A DNA stretch of 64,000 bases from Eledone cirrhosa (lineage: Eukaryota): contig OZ024742.1 in assembly GCA_964016885.1 (NCBI GenBank), positions 144,274,001 through 144,338,000 on the forward strand, given 5' to 3'. The translations under genes and the position numbers were made by a program. A model generated the notes under the pieces. That model ran no database searches and was not told the origin of the DNA. It saw nothing but the letters and a program-made list of their open reading frames with translations. Position 1 is the stretch's first letter. Each line of letters starts with the position of its first letter. Shown here piece by piece: positions 26,983 through 39,638 of the stretch.

Positions 26983-27200
26983 GATATTTCTCAAAACCCA
27001 TGCTAGTGTGAAAGATAAACGTTAAACGATGATGGTGATGATGATGATGATGATACACCTACCAACTGTCTTCACCCACTCTACCCTTAAGCCAACAAGG
27101 GAGACTTTATACTTTCACTTGAGTTGCTACTAGAAATAGCAGCCAAATTTCTCTCATACATCATCCTTCTGCTTTTAAAAAAAAAAAAATGGACAAAAAT

Positions 27201-27509
27201 GGACGCTTTTCCCTGCTTGCAAGGGTGGGACGTGAACTGATTCTAGCTTGATTTCTACAGCTGGATGCCCTTCCTAACACCAACCTCATTTACAGTGAGT
27301 GCTGGGTGCTTCTTTTGCCGTGGCACCTCCACGACCACTTTGCAGTGGAATGATATGGACCCCAGTCCCTATCATCTCATTTCTACAGCTGAGTAAATTG
27401 GAGCAATGTGAAATAACACAAGGAAACAACACATCACCCAGTCTGAGAATTGAACTCACAACCTTTCGATTGCAAGGCCAATGCTCTAACCACTGAGCCA
27501 TGTGCCTCC
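27201..27509 (-). mobile_element. SINE family B copy
   Basis: Near-identical to 23677-24055 with a small CORE deletion and one fewer tail repeat. Confidence 0.85.
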
Positions 27510-27591
27510 ATACACATTGGATAATATATGATCATGGGTTCCTTGCATAAAGAAAAAAAAAAAGAACTAGTTTGACTTGGGGCTAAACAAA

Positions 27592-27778
27592 ATAATTGTT
27601 TCTACTTTTGGCACAAGGCCAGCAATTACCCAGTGCATTACTGGTACTTTATTTTATTGCCCCTGTAAGGATGAAAGGCAAAGTCAACCTCGGCGGGATT
27701 TGAACTCAGACCACAAAGGGCCGTAACTATTTGCTGCAAAGCATGGCGTCCGACCCTCTACCGATACTGCCAATCCAC
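27592..27778 (-). mobile_element. tRNA SINE family A
   Basis: Same consensus. Confidence 0.85.
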
Positions 27779-28184
27779 AAAACAATGATCTCATTCACCA
27801 CCCCCGACATGTGATTCAACCACCACTGTTTCACTCAATATTGCTACTATATACACCACCACTTCCACTATTATTCCAGTAGATATTTTCTCCTTTCTGT
27901 CTCCACTGGATATTCACTATAAACATGGCTACAACTACGCCACTCACTCTACCTATCTCTAATACTAAATATGGCCCCCTACAGTGGTTCATGTTGTATC
28001 AAATATGATTTATTCCAGTATCGATACCACCATGACTACAGTGTCCACAATCACCACCACCACCACCATGGCTACCACTGCAATCTCCCTCCTCTCTACT
28101 GCCATGACCCCTACCACCGCTGTCATCATGCCCTCTCCACAACTATCACCATAATACCACCACTTCTACTGCCATTATTACTTG

Positions 28185-28567
28185 TGGTGGATTGGCAGTA
28201 TCGGTAGAGGGTCGGACGCCATGCTTTGATGCATAGAGTTACAGCCCTTTCCAATCTGAGTTCAAATCCCGCCGAGGTTAACTTTGCCTTTCATCCTTAC
28301 GGGGTCGATAAAATAAAGTACCAGTAATGCACTGGGTAATTTGCTGGCCTTGTGCCAAAAGTAGAAACAATTATTACTTGGATTGGCAGTATCGGTAGAG
28401 AGTCGGACACCATACTTTGAAGCATAGAGTTACGTCCCTTTACGATCTGAGTTCAAATCCCGCCGAGGTTGACTTTGCCTTTCATCCTTACGGGGTCGAT
28501 AAAATAAAGTACCAGTAATGCACTGTGTAATTGCTGGCCTTCTGCCTAAAGTAGAGACAATTATTAC
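28185..28567 (+). mobile_element. Two tandem SINE family A copies
   Basis: 28185-28376 and 28379-28567. attattacttg is duplicated around the first copy. Confidence 0.85.
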
Positions 28568-28689
28568 TACCATCACCATCATCAACTCTACAATCACACA
28601 CCCTCTCCCTTCTGAATGATATGACCTCCACCGCCTCTGTCATCATGCTCTGATAATATCATCACCGGCACCTCTACCATAAACACCAT

Positions 28690-29975
28690 CACCACGATCA
28701 TCACCTCCATCACCTCTACAATCACCTCTACCATCACCGCCACAATCACCTCTACCATTGCCAACATCACCTCTACCATCATCACCACCATCACCTCTAC
28801 CATCGCCACCATCACCTCTACCATCAACACCACCATCACCTCTACCATCGCCAACATCACCTTTACCATCAACACCACCACCACCATCACCTCTACCGCC
28901 ACCATCACCTCTACCACTACCGCCACCACCATCACCTCTACCACCACCATCACCTCTACCACTACCGCCACCATCACCTCTACCACTACCGCCACCACCA
29001 TCACCTCTACCACCACCATCACCTCTACCACTACCGCCACCATCACCTCTACCACTACCGCCACCACCATCACCTCTACCACCACCATCACCTCTACCAC
29101 CACTACCACCACCATCACCTCTACCACCACCATCACCTCTACCACCACTACCACCACCATCACCTCTACCACTACCATCACCTCTACCACTACCGCCACC
29201 ACCATCACCTCTACCACCACCATCACCTCTACCACCACTACCACCACCATCACCTCTACCGCCACCATCACCTCTACCACCACTACCGCCACCATCACCT
29301 CTACCACTACCGCCACCATCACCTCTACCACTACCGCCACCACCATCACCTCTACCACCACCATCACCTCTACCACCACTACCACCACCATCACCTCTAC
29401 CGCCACCATCACCTCTACCACCACTACCGCCACCATCACCTCTACCGCCACCATCACCTCTACCACTACCGCCACCACCATCACCTCTACCACCACTACC
29501 ACCACCATCACCTCTACCACCACTACCGCCACCATCACCTCTACCACCACTACCGCCACCATCACCACCACCACTACCGCCACCATCACCTCTACCACTA
29601 CCGCCACCATCACCTCTACCACTACCGCCACCACCATCACCTCTACCACCACCATCACCTCTACCACTACCGCCACCACCATCACCTCTACCACCACCAT
29701 CACCTCTACCACTACCGCCACCACCATCACATCTACCACCACCATCACCTCTACCACCACTACCGCCACCATCACCTCTACCACCACTACCGCCACCATC
29801 ACCTCTACCACCACTACCACCACCATCACCTCTACCACCACTACCGCCACCATCACCTCTACCACCACTACCGCCACCATCACCTCTACCACCACTACCG
29901 CCACCATCACCTCTACCGCCACCATCACCTCTACCGCCACCATCACCTCTACCGCCACCATCACCTCTACCATCA
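28690..29975 (+). repeat. Triplet-based ACCATCACCTCTACC minisatellite
   Basis: Directly visible. Unit lengths are multiples of 3, so frames stay open on both strands. Confidence 0.95.
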
Positions 29976-30736
29976 TCACTGTCACTTATATGAAGTTGAT
30001 ATTTAATGTTTTACCTTTATCACTGATCCTAATGACTATCTACACATCACATTTCAACTGACGTGGTGCAGCAGAAGCTACTTCTCTCCCTCATTAATCA
30101 CACAAGCAGCAGCCAGTGAGGTGGGGGGGGGGGATAGAAACATAGACAGAGAGAGACAGATGAGAGAGAGAGAAGAAAAGACAGATGGAGAGAAGGAGCG
30201 AAGGGAGAGAAAGAGAAAGATAGAGAGACAGAAGGAGAAATAGTGAGAGTGAGAGGGAGTGAGAGAAGTCGGAAAAGAGAGAGAGAGAGAAGAAGAGAAA
30301 GAGACAGAAGGAGAGAAAGAAAAAAAAGAGAGACAGGGGTGAATCAGCGGAGAGAAAAAAGGGGGGGGGGATATGAATGGCTGCATAGACATACTTCCTG
30401 CAGAGTCACTTTACTCAAGCCAGTTTATAACACATACATATATATATATACACCCACACACACACACATACACACATACATATATATACACCCACACACA
30501 CACACATACACACATATATATATATACATATATACACATCTACACTCTTTCACTTGCTGACAAAAGGAGATCATGCCTGAGTGTCATCTGAAAATCTTCA
30601 CAGTCCTCAGCCACACCAAACCAATTGAAACTAGCATGAACAAGGCTGGACTGAACCAGCCCAAATTAGACTGGATGACTGGTTTGTGCACTAAACTACA
30701 ATACTCTACTGGAGCATAATAAACATATTGACATGG

Positions 30737-30771
<35 letters not shown>

Positions 30772-30819
30772 AATATATATATCTGTGTGTATACACACAC
30801 ACACACCATCACCATCATC

Positions 30820-31196
30820 ACCATCATTTTACGTCCGCTTTTCCCTGCTTGCAAGGGTGGGACGGGAACTGATTCTGGCTTGATTTCTACAGCTGAATGC
30901 TCTTCCTAACACCAACCTCATTTACAGTGAGTGCTGGGTGCTTTTTTCTGTGGCGCCTACACGTCCACTTTACAGTGTGGGCTGGGTGCTTTTTTGCCGT
31001 GGCACCTCCACGACTACTTTGCAGTGGAATGATAGGGACACCAGTCCTATCATCTCATTTCTACAGCTGAGTAAACTGGAGCAATGTGAAATAAAGTGTC
31101 TTGCTCAAAGAAACAACACATCACCCGGTCTGAGAATTGAACTCACAACCTTTTGATTGCAAGGCCAATCCTCTAACCACTAAGCCATGTGCCTCC
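30820..31196 (-). mobile_element. SINE family B copy
   Basis: Near-identical to 23677-24055. The tail is almost identical to 22584-22740. Confidence 0.85.
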
Positions 31197-31644
31197 AGAG
31201 TATATATACAAATACAAAATGTCTTATGACTGGTACAAGACAAGGGGTAGTACAGTGAGTTGTGCAAATATAGACATATTCGTTATATATGTGAATGTAT
31301 ATACACATATATATATATGATTATTTTGATCAATATACAAAATATCAATTGTATTTTCAGGCAACTGCACAGGTCAACAGTAGTGCTAAAAATAGTGCAT
31401 TGTTAGACCCTTAAACCAGCTCAACTAAATTAAGATTTTAAAAATTTCTTAGGTGCATACATAAGTAAATATTGCCGAAACAAAATGTATCCAGGACCAT
31501 GTGTGTGTATATATATATATAGAGGTACAATGACAAGAAAACTGGAAAGTAGGCGAATGAACTTACATGAAGATGGTAAAAACCAATGTAAGTACATTTG
31601 CTTATTTTCCAATTTTCTTATATCATTGTATCTATCTATCTATC

Positions 31645-32333
31645 TATCATCATCATCATCATCAGGTTTAGCGTCCGTGTTCCACGCTTGCATGGGTTTG
31701 GACGGGGGTTTTCCCACTTGAGGCAAGAGTGGTTGTCTTGCTCGCATAGGACTGTCTGGCGGGTTTTCTACAGTTGGATGCCCTTCCTAACACCAACCAC
31801 ATTTACAGTGTGGGGCTGGGAGGTTTCTACCGTGTTGCCTACACGGCCACATTACAGCGTGGACTGTCTGGCGGGTTTTCTACAGCTGGATGCCCTTCCT
31901 AACACCAACCACATTTACAGTGTGGGGCTGGGAGGTTTTTACCGTGTTGCCTACACGGCCACATTTACAGCGTGGACTGTGTGTTTTTTTGTCGTGACAC
32001 CTACACGATCTCATTTGTTTCGGCCTGGATGTTGTGGGACCAACATAACTGTACATTGAAAGGGGCGGTGTGGATGGGGTGGAGGTGGTGGGACGGGGGG
32101 GGGGGGGGGGGGGGGTTGATAGAGATGCCTACTGACTGTAGTAGGTTTTTACTTTGTATTTAGGTAAGGCGGGTCTTCTCTATTACTGAGTACCGCCAAA
32201 GGTCTCGGTCCAGTGACATTGTCTTGGAGAGGTGTAAGCGTGTGAGGTCGGAATTTATCAGCTCGTCCCATGTTTTTCTGGGTCTGCCTACTCCGTGGCT
32301 ACCGTCTATCTTTATTGCCCTGCACTTTGTTAT
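31645..32333 (-). mobile_element. 5'-truncated RTE (copy-1 subfamily) 3' end with internal tandem duplication in the 3'UTR
   Basis: ITKCRAIKIDGSHGVGRPRKTWDELINSDL is near-identical to the copy 1 C-terminus. A roughly 110-bp 3'UTR block is duplicated (about 31751-31975), and there is a (GAT)n tail. Confidence 0.92.
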
Positions 32334-32334
32334 A

Positions 32335-32379
<45 letters not shown>

Positions 32380-33802
32380 GGTCTTGGATACATTTTGTCT
32401 AAGCAAATTTGCTGATGTAAAGAAAGATAAAATGAGAACATGTGAGAGCAGGAGGAAATAAGTACAAAATATGGGAGTTGAAACCATACCTTCTGATTGG
32501 CTATTAAAATTTGTTGCCTTTATGTTTCTTACATAAATGTTATCCAGGAGATATATGTTTGCTTGTTTTTAAAACCAATTCTTTTACTAATATATAGATT
32601 TTTAAAGAATGAAAGATGGATGCCATCATCATTTTTATGATGATATCTCTAACAGACATTTAGAATGCTAACCTAAATAATCCCTTTTTTTTTTTTAAGC
32701 TTTTTTCTATTGCTCCTCTCTGTTCCAATGTCAAACCTTGTTTGTGTCAGATTTCCCAACTTTGTGGGTTTCATAAACAAATAATTATATACTTGGAACA
32801 ATTGGTCTTGTGCCTAGATAAGTAATCAATATTTCTTTCCTAGTTCATATATTTATGTATGATTTTATTTAAACACATTCATTCAGAGTTAAGTTGATCT
32901 GCTGCTAAATAATGACAGCCAAATTTGCCTGCAAGGCAATCAATCTCTTTCTCCTACATCTTAATGTCTTGGTCAATTGTACCCAAAGGAAATTAGGAGG
33001 TGGGTCACAGAAAAGATACTGACCAATATACTCACAAAATAAAAGCTTTAGTGGACAAACAGTGAAGCAGGTTGCTTAAGTGACCAGCAGCTTGCTGGTC
33101 TACAGTTTTCTAGATTGGATTATTGCCAGAACTAAACTAAGACTATCATCTCATCATCTTTGAAAGTTAATTAAATAAATACCAGAAGATTACTTTGATA
33201 ACTTGTCAAATGTTCCAATCTTAACCACAATCGGAATGGTTGCAGGTTAGTGCTGCTGTTGCTGCTGCTGTTGCTGCTACTACTACTACCAACACCACCA
33301 CCGCCACTGTTACTACTGCCATTGCTACCACCACCACTACAAATCACTACTATTATCACCGCTACTACTACTACTACTACTAGGTGCCATTGCTGACTCA
33401 TACTCCATCTGGTTTTTGGGTGGGGGCTATTTATAGCAGGTCAAGTGACCATGTTGAGATTCCACCATTGGCTGAACATACACAGTCTATCTCAATACAG
33501 TATTTTGGCTTCTACAGAACCTTTGTTCCACGAGAAATACGTAAGTACCCTCACACTCGTATCACTGAGCGGTTCTAACAGAAGACCCAATTATATGAAA
33601 TAATTATGTGGAAGGGACATCACACACACACACAGACAGACAGACAGACACACAAAAGAACAAATACAAGCGAAAACAAAACAAAATAAAAATAGTTTAA
33701 CATAAAATTCCCCAGCATGGAAATAATGGATCAAATTATGCCATGTTAAGTAGAATGGTACAATCATCTGTATTTGATGTGAAAGGTAGAATTTCAAAGT
33801 TT

Positions 33803-33883
<81 letters not shown>

Positions 33884-34125
33884 GTGTGTGTGTATATAGT
33901 TAATAACATTTAAGGATGTATCACATCCTCAACAATGAGATGGTGGTCTAAATTATTGGTGATACACAGCCCCATTGCAGAACAGTAGCAAAGGTCACAT
34001 ACAACAGATCTCTAACCAGTACAGAGAGAGAGAAAGAGAAATATACAGTGACAAGCAAATAGAAAAAGGTAGAAAAGCAAGTGATTAAAAAAATATTTAA
34101 AAAAAATGATAAGACTGTAACTTAC

Positions 34126-34296
34126 TTTCAAAATTTTCTATACCATTTTTTATAAGCAGAGTAAGCTGAAAATTTGCTTTTTCCAAATGTTCTGTGAACC
34201 TTCTTTCTGACAACTTCATATACATTTCTTCCATTGCCCCAGAGCAACAAGTTCTACCAGGTTCCAGGCCGTTAAAGCATACAGAAAGTTCAGTTT
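34126..34296 (-). CDS. GPC3/5: Internal coding exon (probably exon 2) of a glypican, GPC3/GPC5/dally subfamily
   Basis: On the minus strand the acceptor is ctttattttcttattcttcAG and the donor is GAAA|GTAAGT. The exon is 171 nt, phase 1/1, and open: TELSVCFNGLEPGRTCCSGAMEEMYMKLSERRFTEHLEKANFQLTLLIKNGIENFE. It aligns with recalled vertebrate GPC3/5 exon 2 (DLQVC..KGPTCCSRKMEEKY...LKFLIIQNAAVFQE), also phase 1/1. No other glypican exon was found in the window. Confidence 0.9.
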
Positions 34297-36046
34297 CTGA
34301 AGAATAAGAAAATAAAGTAATATTATTTTACAGAAAAGTGGAGGGGAAAGGGTAGAATAAAAAAACAAACATTTATGGTTTTATTTTCAGGTAATCTGTA
34401 GCGAATTAGCAAGTAGTTAGATCGTCAGAATAAATGCTTTGCAGTATTCATTTCAGTTCTCTGCTCTGTGAGTTCAGATCCTGCCAATGTCAACTTTGTC
34501 TTTCATCTTTTCGATAAAAGTCGATAAAAAAAAAAATACCAGTCAAATACTGGGCTCGATTCTTCCCCTATATTTCATTCTCACTTCCATTTTCACACTC
34601 TCTATCATTCTCTGGAAGAAATTTGCTACATTCAGACATGGAAAGGCTGAGGCTTCACCAGATTTTAAAATGCCCTAGAAACACCATATGTCAATATGGT
34701 GTCCCTACAACACCCCCAGGGGTTATGGCACCATCCTCCATTACAGGTAATCAATAAGGTTTACTCAAGTACATCATTACCATCATCATTTTTACATATT
34801 TTTCTATGAATTCGCAAATTGTTATGGTTTGTTCTTAAGACCGCTGATTAATACATCTTGCTTGAAGATTATTGTTGAATGCAGCATTGGCTGCTGTGAT
34901 GGTTTATATTTTGATTCTAAAACTACAGAGTGGGTGGGAAGAGACTCCCTTTTTAAGGGAAGAGACTCCCTTTTTAAAACTGTTTATAACTTTATTAATT
35001 ATTGGTTGATTTTCATTAAAAAAAGTTTTATTTTACAGTTTCATTATCATCATCATTGAAAAATGATGAGGAGGAGGATGATGATGATAATACCTATCTT
35101 TCATCCTCTAAAGAAATCTATAATAATGAAAGAATTATTTTTAAAAACAAGTAACCATATCTCCTGGATAACATCTATGTAAGAGGTAAAAAAAAAAAAG
35201 AAGCACAAAAGCAACAAGCCTTAATGGCGAACCATAGATTCAAGTCCCATATAGTTTTTGTACTTGTCTCACCTGCTCTCATTTTCTCTTTCTTTGTCTA
35301 TTTGTGTGTGTGTCAATTATATTGGGAAAATATTGAATCCTAACAGGTCTGATCTCAGGATCATGCTGCATAGCATAGCAAGATTAAAATATTACAAAAT
35401 CCAAAGCTATTTATCCAACACTGCATGAAAAATAGACATTAGATTGATAATGATTTCAAAGTAAATTTGTTACACACACAGATTTTAGTATTAGAACACC
35501 ATAAAAGAATACTTGTGTAAAGATTTCTCTAGAAGATGTAGCTCTAATCTGTTGACCAGTTTAACATCACCACTTGACCCATAGGGACCTTTAGCAAAAT
35601 CCATTCTGTTGCAAGCATTCAGGCCAGATATCAAGTCCAAGGATAACTCAAACAATCTTGATGAGCAGCTTCCTATAGTGATATCCCTCTCCCCATACAC
35701 AACAGTGCTAAGTTTTTATGACCAATATAATTTAAACAACCATTAGATTATCAAAGGAAAATAAAAACAACCATTTGCTTGTTTCATTATAAGGCTTAAA
35801 CTCAGGATCATACGGTTATATAAAATCACATTATATTGGATTAGGAGAGATGTTAGAGACTCAGATAGAATGCTTTGCCATATTCTCTCTGGTTGTCTGT
35901 GCTCTGAGTTCAAATCTCACCAAGGTTAACTTTGCCTTCCGTGCTTCCAATAAAATAAAATATCAGTAAAGTAATGGGGTTGATACAATTGACTTTGCCC
36001 TCCCCACAAATTGGCCTTGTGTTGAAATTAGAAATTATTATATTCC

Positions 36047-36245
36047 TTAACTTTTTAGCATTTACACTGGCTGTATCCAGCCAGAATTATTTCACCCTTT
36101 TCTGTTCAAACTGGTCATAACTAACTACTCATACTAATATTATGGTATTGTTCTCAAAATAAATAATATCAAAATCTCAGATTCAATTTGATATTAAGCC
36201 TTTACCGTGAAAATATATAGAGTAATGTAAATGCTAAAGAGTTAA
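36047..36245 (+). mobile_element. piggyBac-type MITE copy
   Basis: Same family, TTAA flanks. Confidence 0.8.
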
Positions 36246-36359
36246 TGACAAGTCAAGTAAGGGGCTTCTATATGGTTACTCAAGCTGATGCCAGATATAG
36301 CAACCAAAATCTGCCACAAATCACACACACACAAACATATATATATAAATAAAAAAAAC

Positions 36360-36666
36360 CTTTGGTCACAAATGACCATGGGATTTGCACCTAGAAAGCT
36401 CCCCTTCAAGGCACAGGTATAGTCAAGGTTGTTTATGGAAAACCAGCAGTCTCTCCTCTCCATACCACCTATGTTGTCCAAGGGAAAGGCAAAGGCTGAT
36501 AGACCTTGACACCAGTGATGTCTCAACTCATATCTACAGCCGAGGGAACTGGAGCAGCATGAAATAAAGTGTCATGCTCAAGGACACAGCACACATCTCT
36601 GTCGTGGAATCAAACTCATAATCTCATGATTGTAAGCCCAATGCTCTAACCATTACACCATGCACC
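36360..36666 (-). mobile_element. tRNA/CORE-like SINE with a different tail
   Basis: The head and CORE are homologous to family B (gaaataaagtgtcatgctcaagga). The tail is unrelated. Confidence 0.6.
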
Positions 36667-36708
36667 TTTACACACATACATACATACATACATACATACA
36701 TACATACA

Positions 36709-36766
<58 letters not shown>

Positions 36767-37693
36767 AATGAACAAAGGAAGCATATTATTTGGTGATGTA
36801 ATGTTCTAGACAGGATGATCCTGGTTTAAACACTTTTGATTGCAGGGGGTGGCCAGGAGCTTTACACAAAAACAAGAATATCAAACTTCTTAATAAAGAC
36901 AATAAAGTAAGAGAGAGACAACCCAAACAACATAAGTGGTCCATTTTGGAGGAAACTATTCCAAAACTACACCTACCACAAATTCTACTTCCCACTTTTA
37001 TCAGGAACTCTCACACACATACCTGATCTTTAACTTCTTGAATTCTTCAGTGTACAAACAACAGACTGGTGTAATTTTGGAAACAACATTCCTACTTAGT
37101 GGAGACATAAAGCCTAGTGGTAAGGGTGTTGGACATACAATCATAATGTGGGTTCCATTCCTAGACTGGGTTGTGTGTTGTGTTCTTGAGCAAAACACTT
37201 TATTTTTCATTGCTCCAGTATACTCAGCTGAAAATGTGTACTAGCAATAGTTGGAGGTTTAACCCTGCAATGGACTGGGGTCCTGTCCTGGGGAAGCCTT
37301 GTACTCTCAGCTGCTTCACTCCAAGGAAACTGGATTAAGCACTGGCCTGATGAGCCTCCGGGCTTGAGACAGAATTTAAAAAAAAATGTCTGCTTATGTC
37401 ATGTTAAAAATATCTTCAGTAAGACAACTGAACCTTAGCAAACTCCTCTGGGAAGTTATGGAGTTATGTGGAATCCCAACATAGCAGCTGCTTGATAGAC
37501 AGATTAGTTAAAAGAGAGATGGAAAGTGGCAATGTTTTAGAAGTAAATAGAGGAGGAGGAGAAGGAGGAGGAGTGATGGAGGAATAGAGAAATAGATGAC
37601 ATGTAATTTTGACTGACATATGACATCTATATGTGTGGGAATAAGGTGTATGTGTGCATATGCACATATATGTCTGCATACAGCTCTCTCGCT

Positions 37694-37780
<87 letters not shown>

Positions 37781-38484
37781 CTTGGTTGTCCATCGTAAAC
37801 GATAATGACATCTTCTTTATTGTTGTTCCTGTCTGCCGTGGGCACGAAGGTGGCTGTGGAGGCCGATCCTTGACTTGCAGGTCCAGGGACAGTGGGGGCA
37901 GGGGAAGAGACTGGAGTCAGACTGGCAACTTCCACCTGTTACCTCCACCTCTTGCCTATCGCTGCAGGGCTTTGGGAGTGCATGCTAAAGAAGAAACCTG
38001 TGCGGGAAAGGTTTATAGTGGGAGGACCAGTGCACAGTGACGGTCCCACTCACTCGGTCGCAGAAGCCAGAATCTGGTGGTACGGAGGACCGTCACAACC
38101 AGGGACTTCCTTGGCTGCAGTGGATGGCCACGACGTCTGTAGTGCCTTGCCATGCCCTAGTGCTCCACACCGCTTGCTGTCACTGCCTTCGTGACTGTTG
38201 GGACGATGTTGTCCTCCTCCACTCACTCTGCCAGGTCCAGTCTTCGCATGCAGGGGCAGGCATCCCCTATCTAACTCACCAGGGGGTTTTCAGACCCGTC
38301 CGGCCCGCCAGCCAAGGCAGTTTACTGGGGTGTGGCCGCTGTCACAGGCTACAGCTTCTTGGGGCCACAGGTGAGAGCTGACTGTCAGGTGGGACCCAAT
38401 GCAGGACGACCTGTCCTGAAAAGGGCATGGCTAGCCCCCTCCCCCCTCCCCTCAGGTACATGCCAATCCCTGACACCCCAGGCA
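37781..38484 (-). mobile_element. Non-autonomous RTE derivative: GC-rich 5'UTR plus C-terminal C2H2 finger and 3' end
   Basis: The minus strand encodes [23 protein letters not shown] (RTE C-terminal SRIGLxSH finger) and ends atcgtttacgatggacaaccaag. The 5' part (ctctcacctgtggccccaagaagctgtagc..cagcggccacaccccagtaaac) resembles recalled RTE 5'UTRs. Inserted in (TA)n. Confidence 0.75.
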
Positions 38485-38632
38485 TATATACATGTATACA
38501 CATACATATGTACATATGTATATACATATTTGCACATTTTTGGATAGCTGTTGACTCTTATGAGTTCTTCTGCCCTTTGTATATATATGTATATATAATA
38601 TAAGATCAAAAGATGGTTAAAGGAGTTCAATA

Positions 38633-38703
38633 TATTTTATTATGCGCATTTCAAAAACAAACATCATCAAACAATAATATTTGTGTTTTCATCAGATAAA
38701 ACA
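38633..38703 (-). ncRNA. Type I hammerhead ribozyme (family A, dispersed copy within element 38595-38766)
   Basis: Minus strand TGTTTTAT-CTGATGA-[AAACACAAATATTATT gttt GATGATGTTTGTTTTT]-GAAA-TGCGCA-TA-ATAAAATA. The core is identical and the stem substitutions keep WC/GU pairing. Confidence 0.85.
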
Positions 38704-38888
38704 GGAGAACATGATATGAAGGCTAAAAAAAACACTTGTTGATAGTGCAGTTTTAAATCAACATATGTATATATATATACACACACACACACATACATAC
38801 ATACGTATATACATGCACACACACACACATGTACTCTTGGCTCCCATATAATAAGGGGGTGGGAAATTCGGTAATTTTTCTATGTTGC

Positions 38889-38931
<43 letters not shown>

Positions 38932-39172
38932 TACATATATATGTATGTATAGACATATCACTGGTGAGTTCAGCTCTCTGGCAACTATCTATTCATAACT
39001 AACAAAAAATATCTCAGAATGCCACATATATTCTTGATTTGTAATACTTGCACGGACCGAAAAGCCTTAAAAATTAAGAATAAAAATGTCTTAAATGGTT
39101 TTAATATGCTATGCTTCGAGGAATATAGCTTTCTTTCAATTTTATGAGTAAAAAAATGGTGATCCACCTGCC

Positions 39173-39210
<38 letters not shown>

Positions 39211-39220
<10 letters not shown>

Positions 39221-39477
39221 TAAACGGAATAGAAAATGCTGACAAATTGTTCACAGTTGAACTAAATGCTTTTCAAAAATAATTTTGAGCAAACAGCACG
39301 GACACTCTATCTCAAAATTATTTTTGAAAAGCATTTAGAAATGCGCAACCGGTAAAAACTTAAAACCACAACTGAATACTAACCCATACAATCACTAATA
39401 CTCTTTTATTCCTAATTAAACCATTTTTCAACTGTGAACAATTTGTCAGCATTTTCTATTCCGTTTACCAATATATA
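39211..39477. repeat. Nested perfect inverted repeats (51 bp outer, 28 bp inner) between TA tracts
   Basis: 39211-39261 pairs with 39427-39477, and 39262-39289 pairs with 39311-39338. Confidence 0.92.
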
Positions 39478-39506
39478 ATAACTTGTGTGTTACACCTCTA
39501 TTCTTT

Positions 39507-39544
<38 letters not shown>

Positions 39545-39638
39545 GGAAAAATTTGAACAGGAACAAAACAGAGAGGCGGTACAACGAATGTTTATTAATT
39601 TCACGCTCTGGAGAGTGGGGTGGTGGTGGTGGTGGGGA

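Noticed and set aside
28594-29993. 463-aa V/E/M-rich and 411-aa extensin-like (PPPSPL) ORFs
   Set aside because: Translations of a triplet-based minisatellite open on both strands, with no splice context or unique domain.
30560-30715. Possible highly decayed RTE coding remnant
   Set aside because: Similarity is too weak to support by eye.
35491-35700. 69-aa minus ORF upstream of the exon (also 4187-4423)
   Set aside because: No recognisable domain or splice signals.
37347-37372. CTGATGA-GCC tccg GGC
   Set aside because: No GAAA follows; it is part of a SINE tail.
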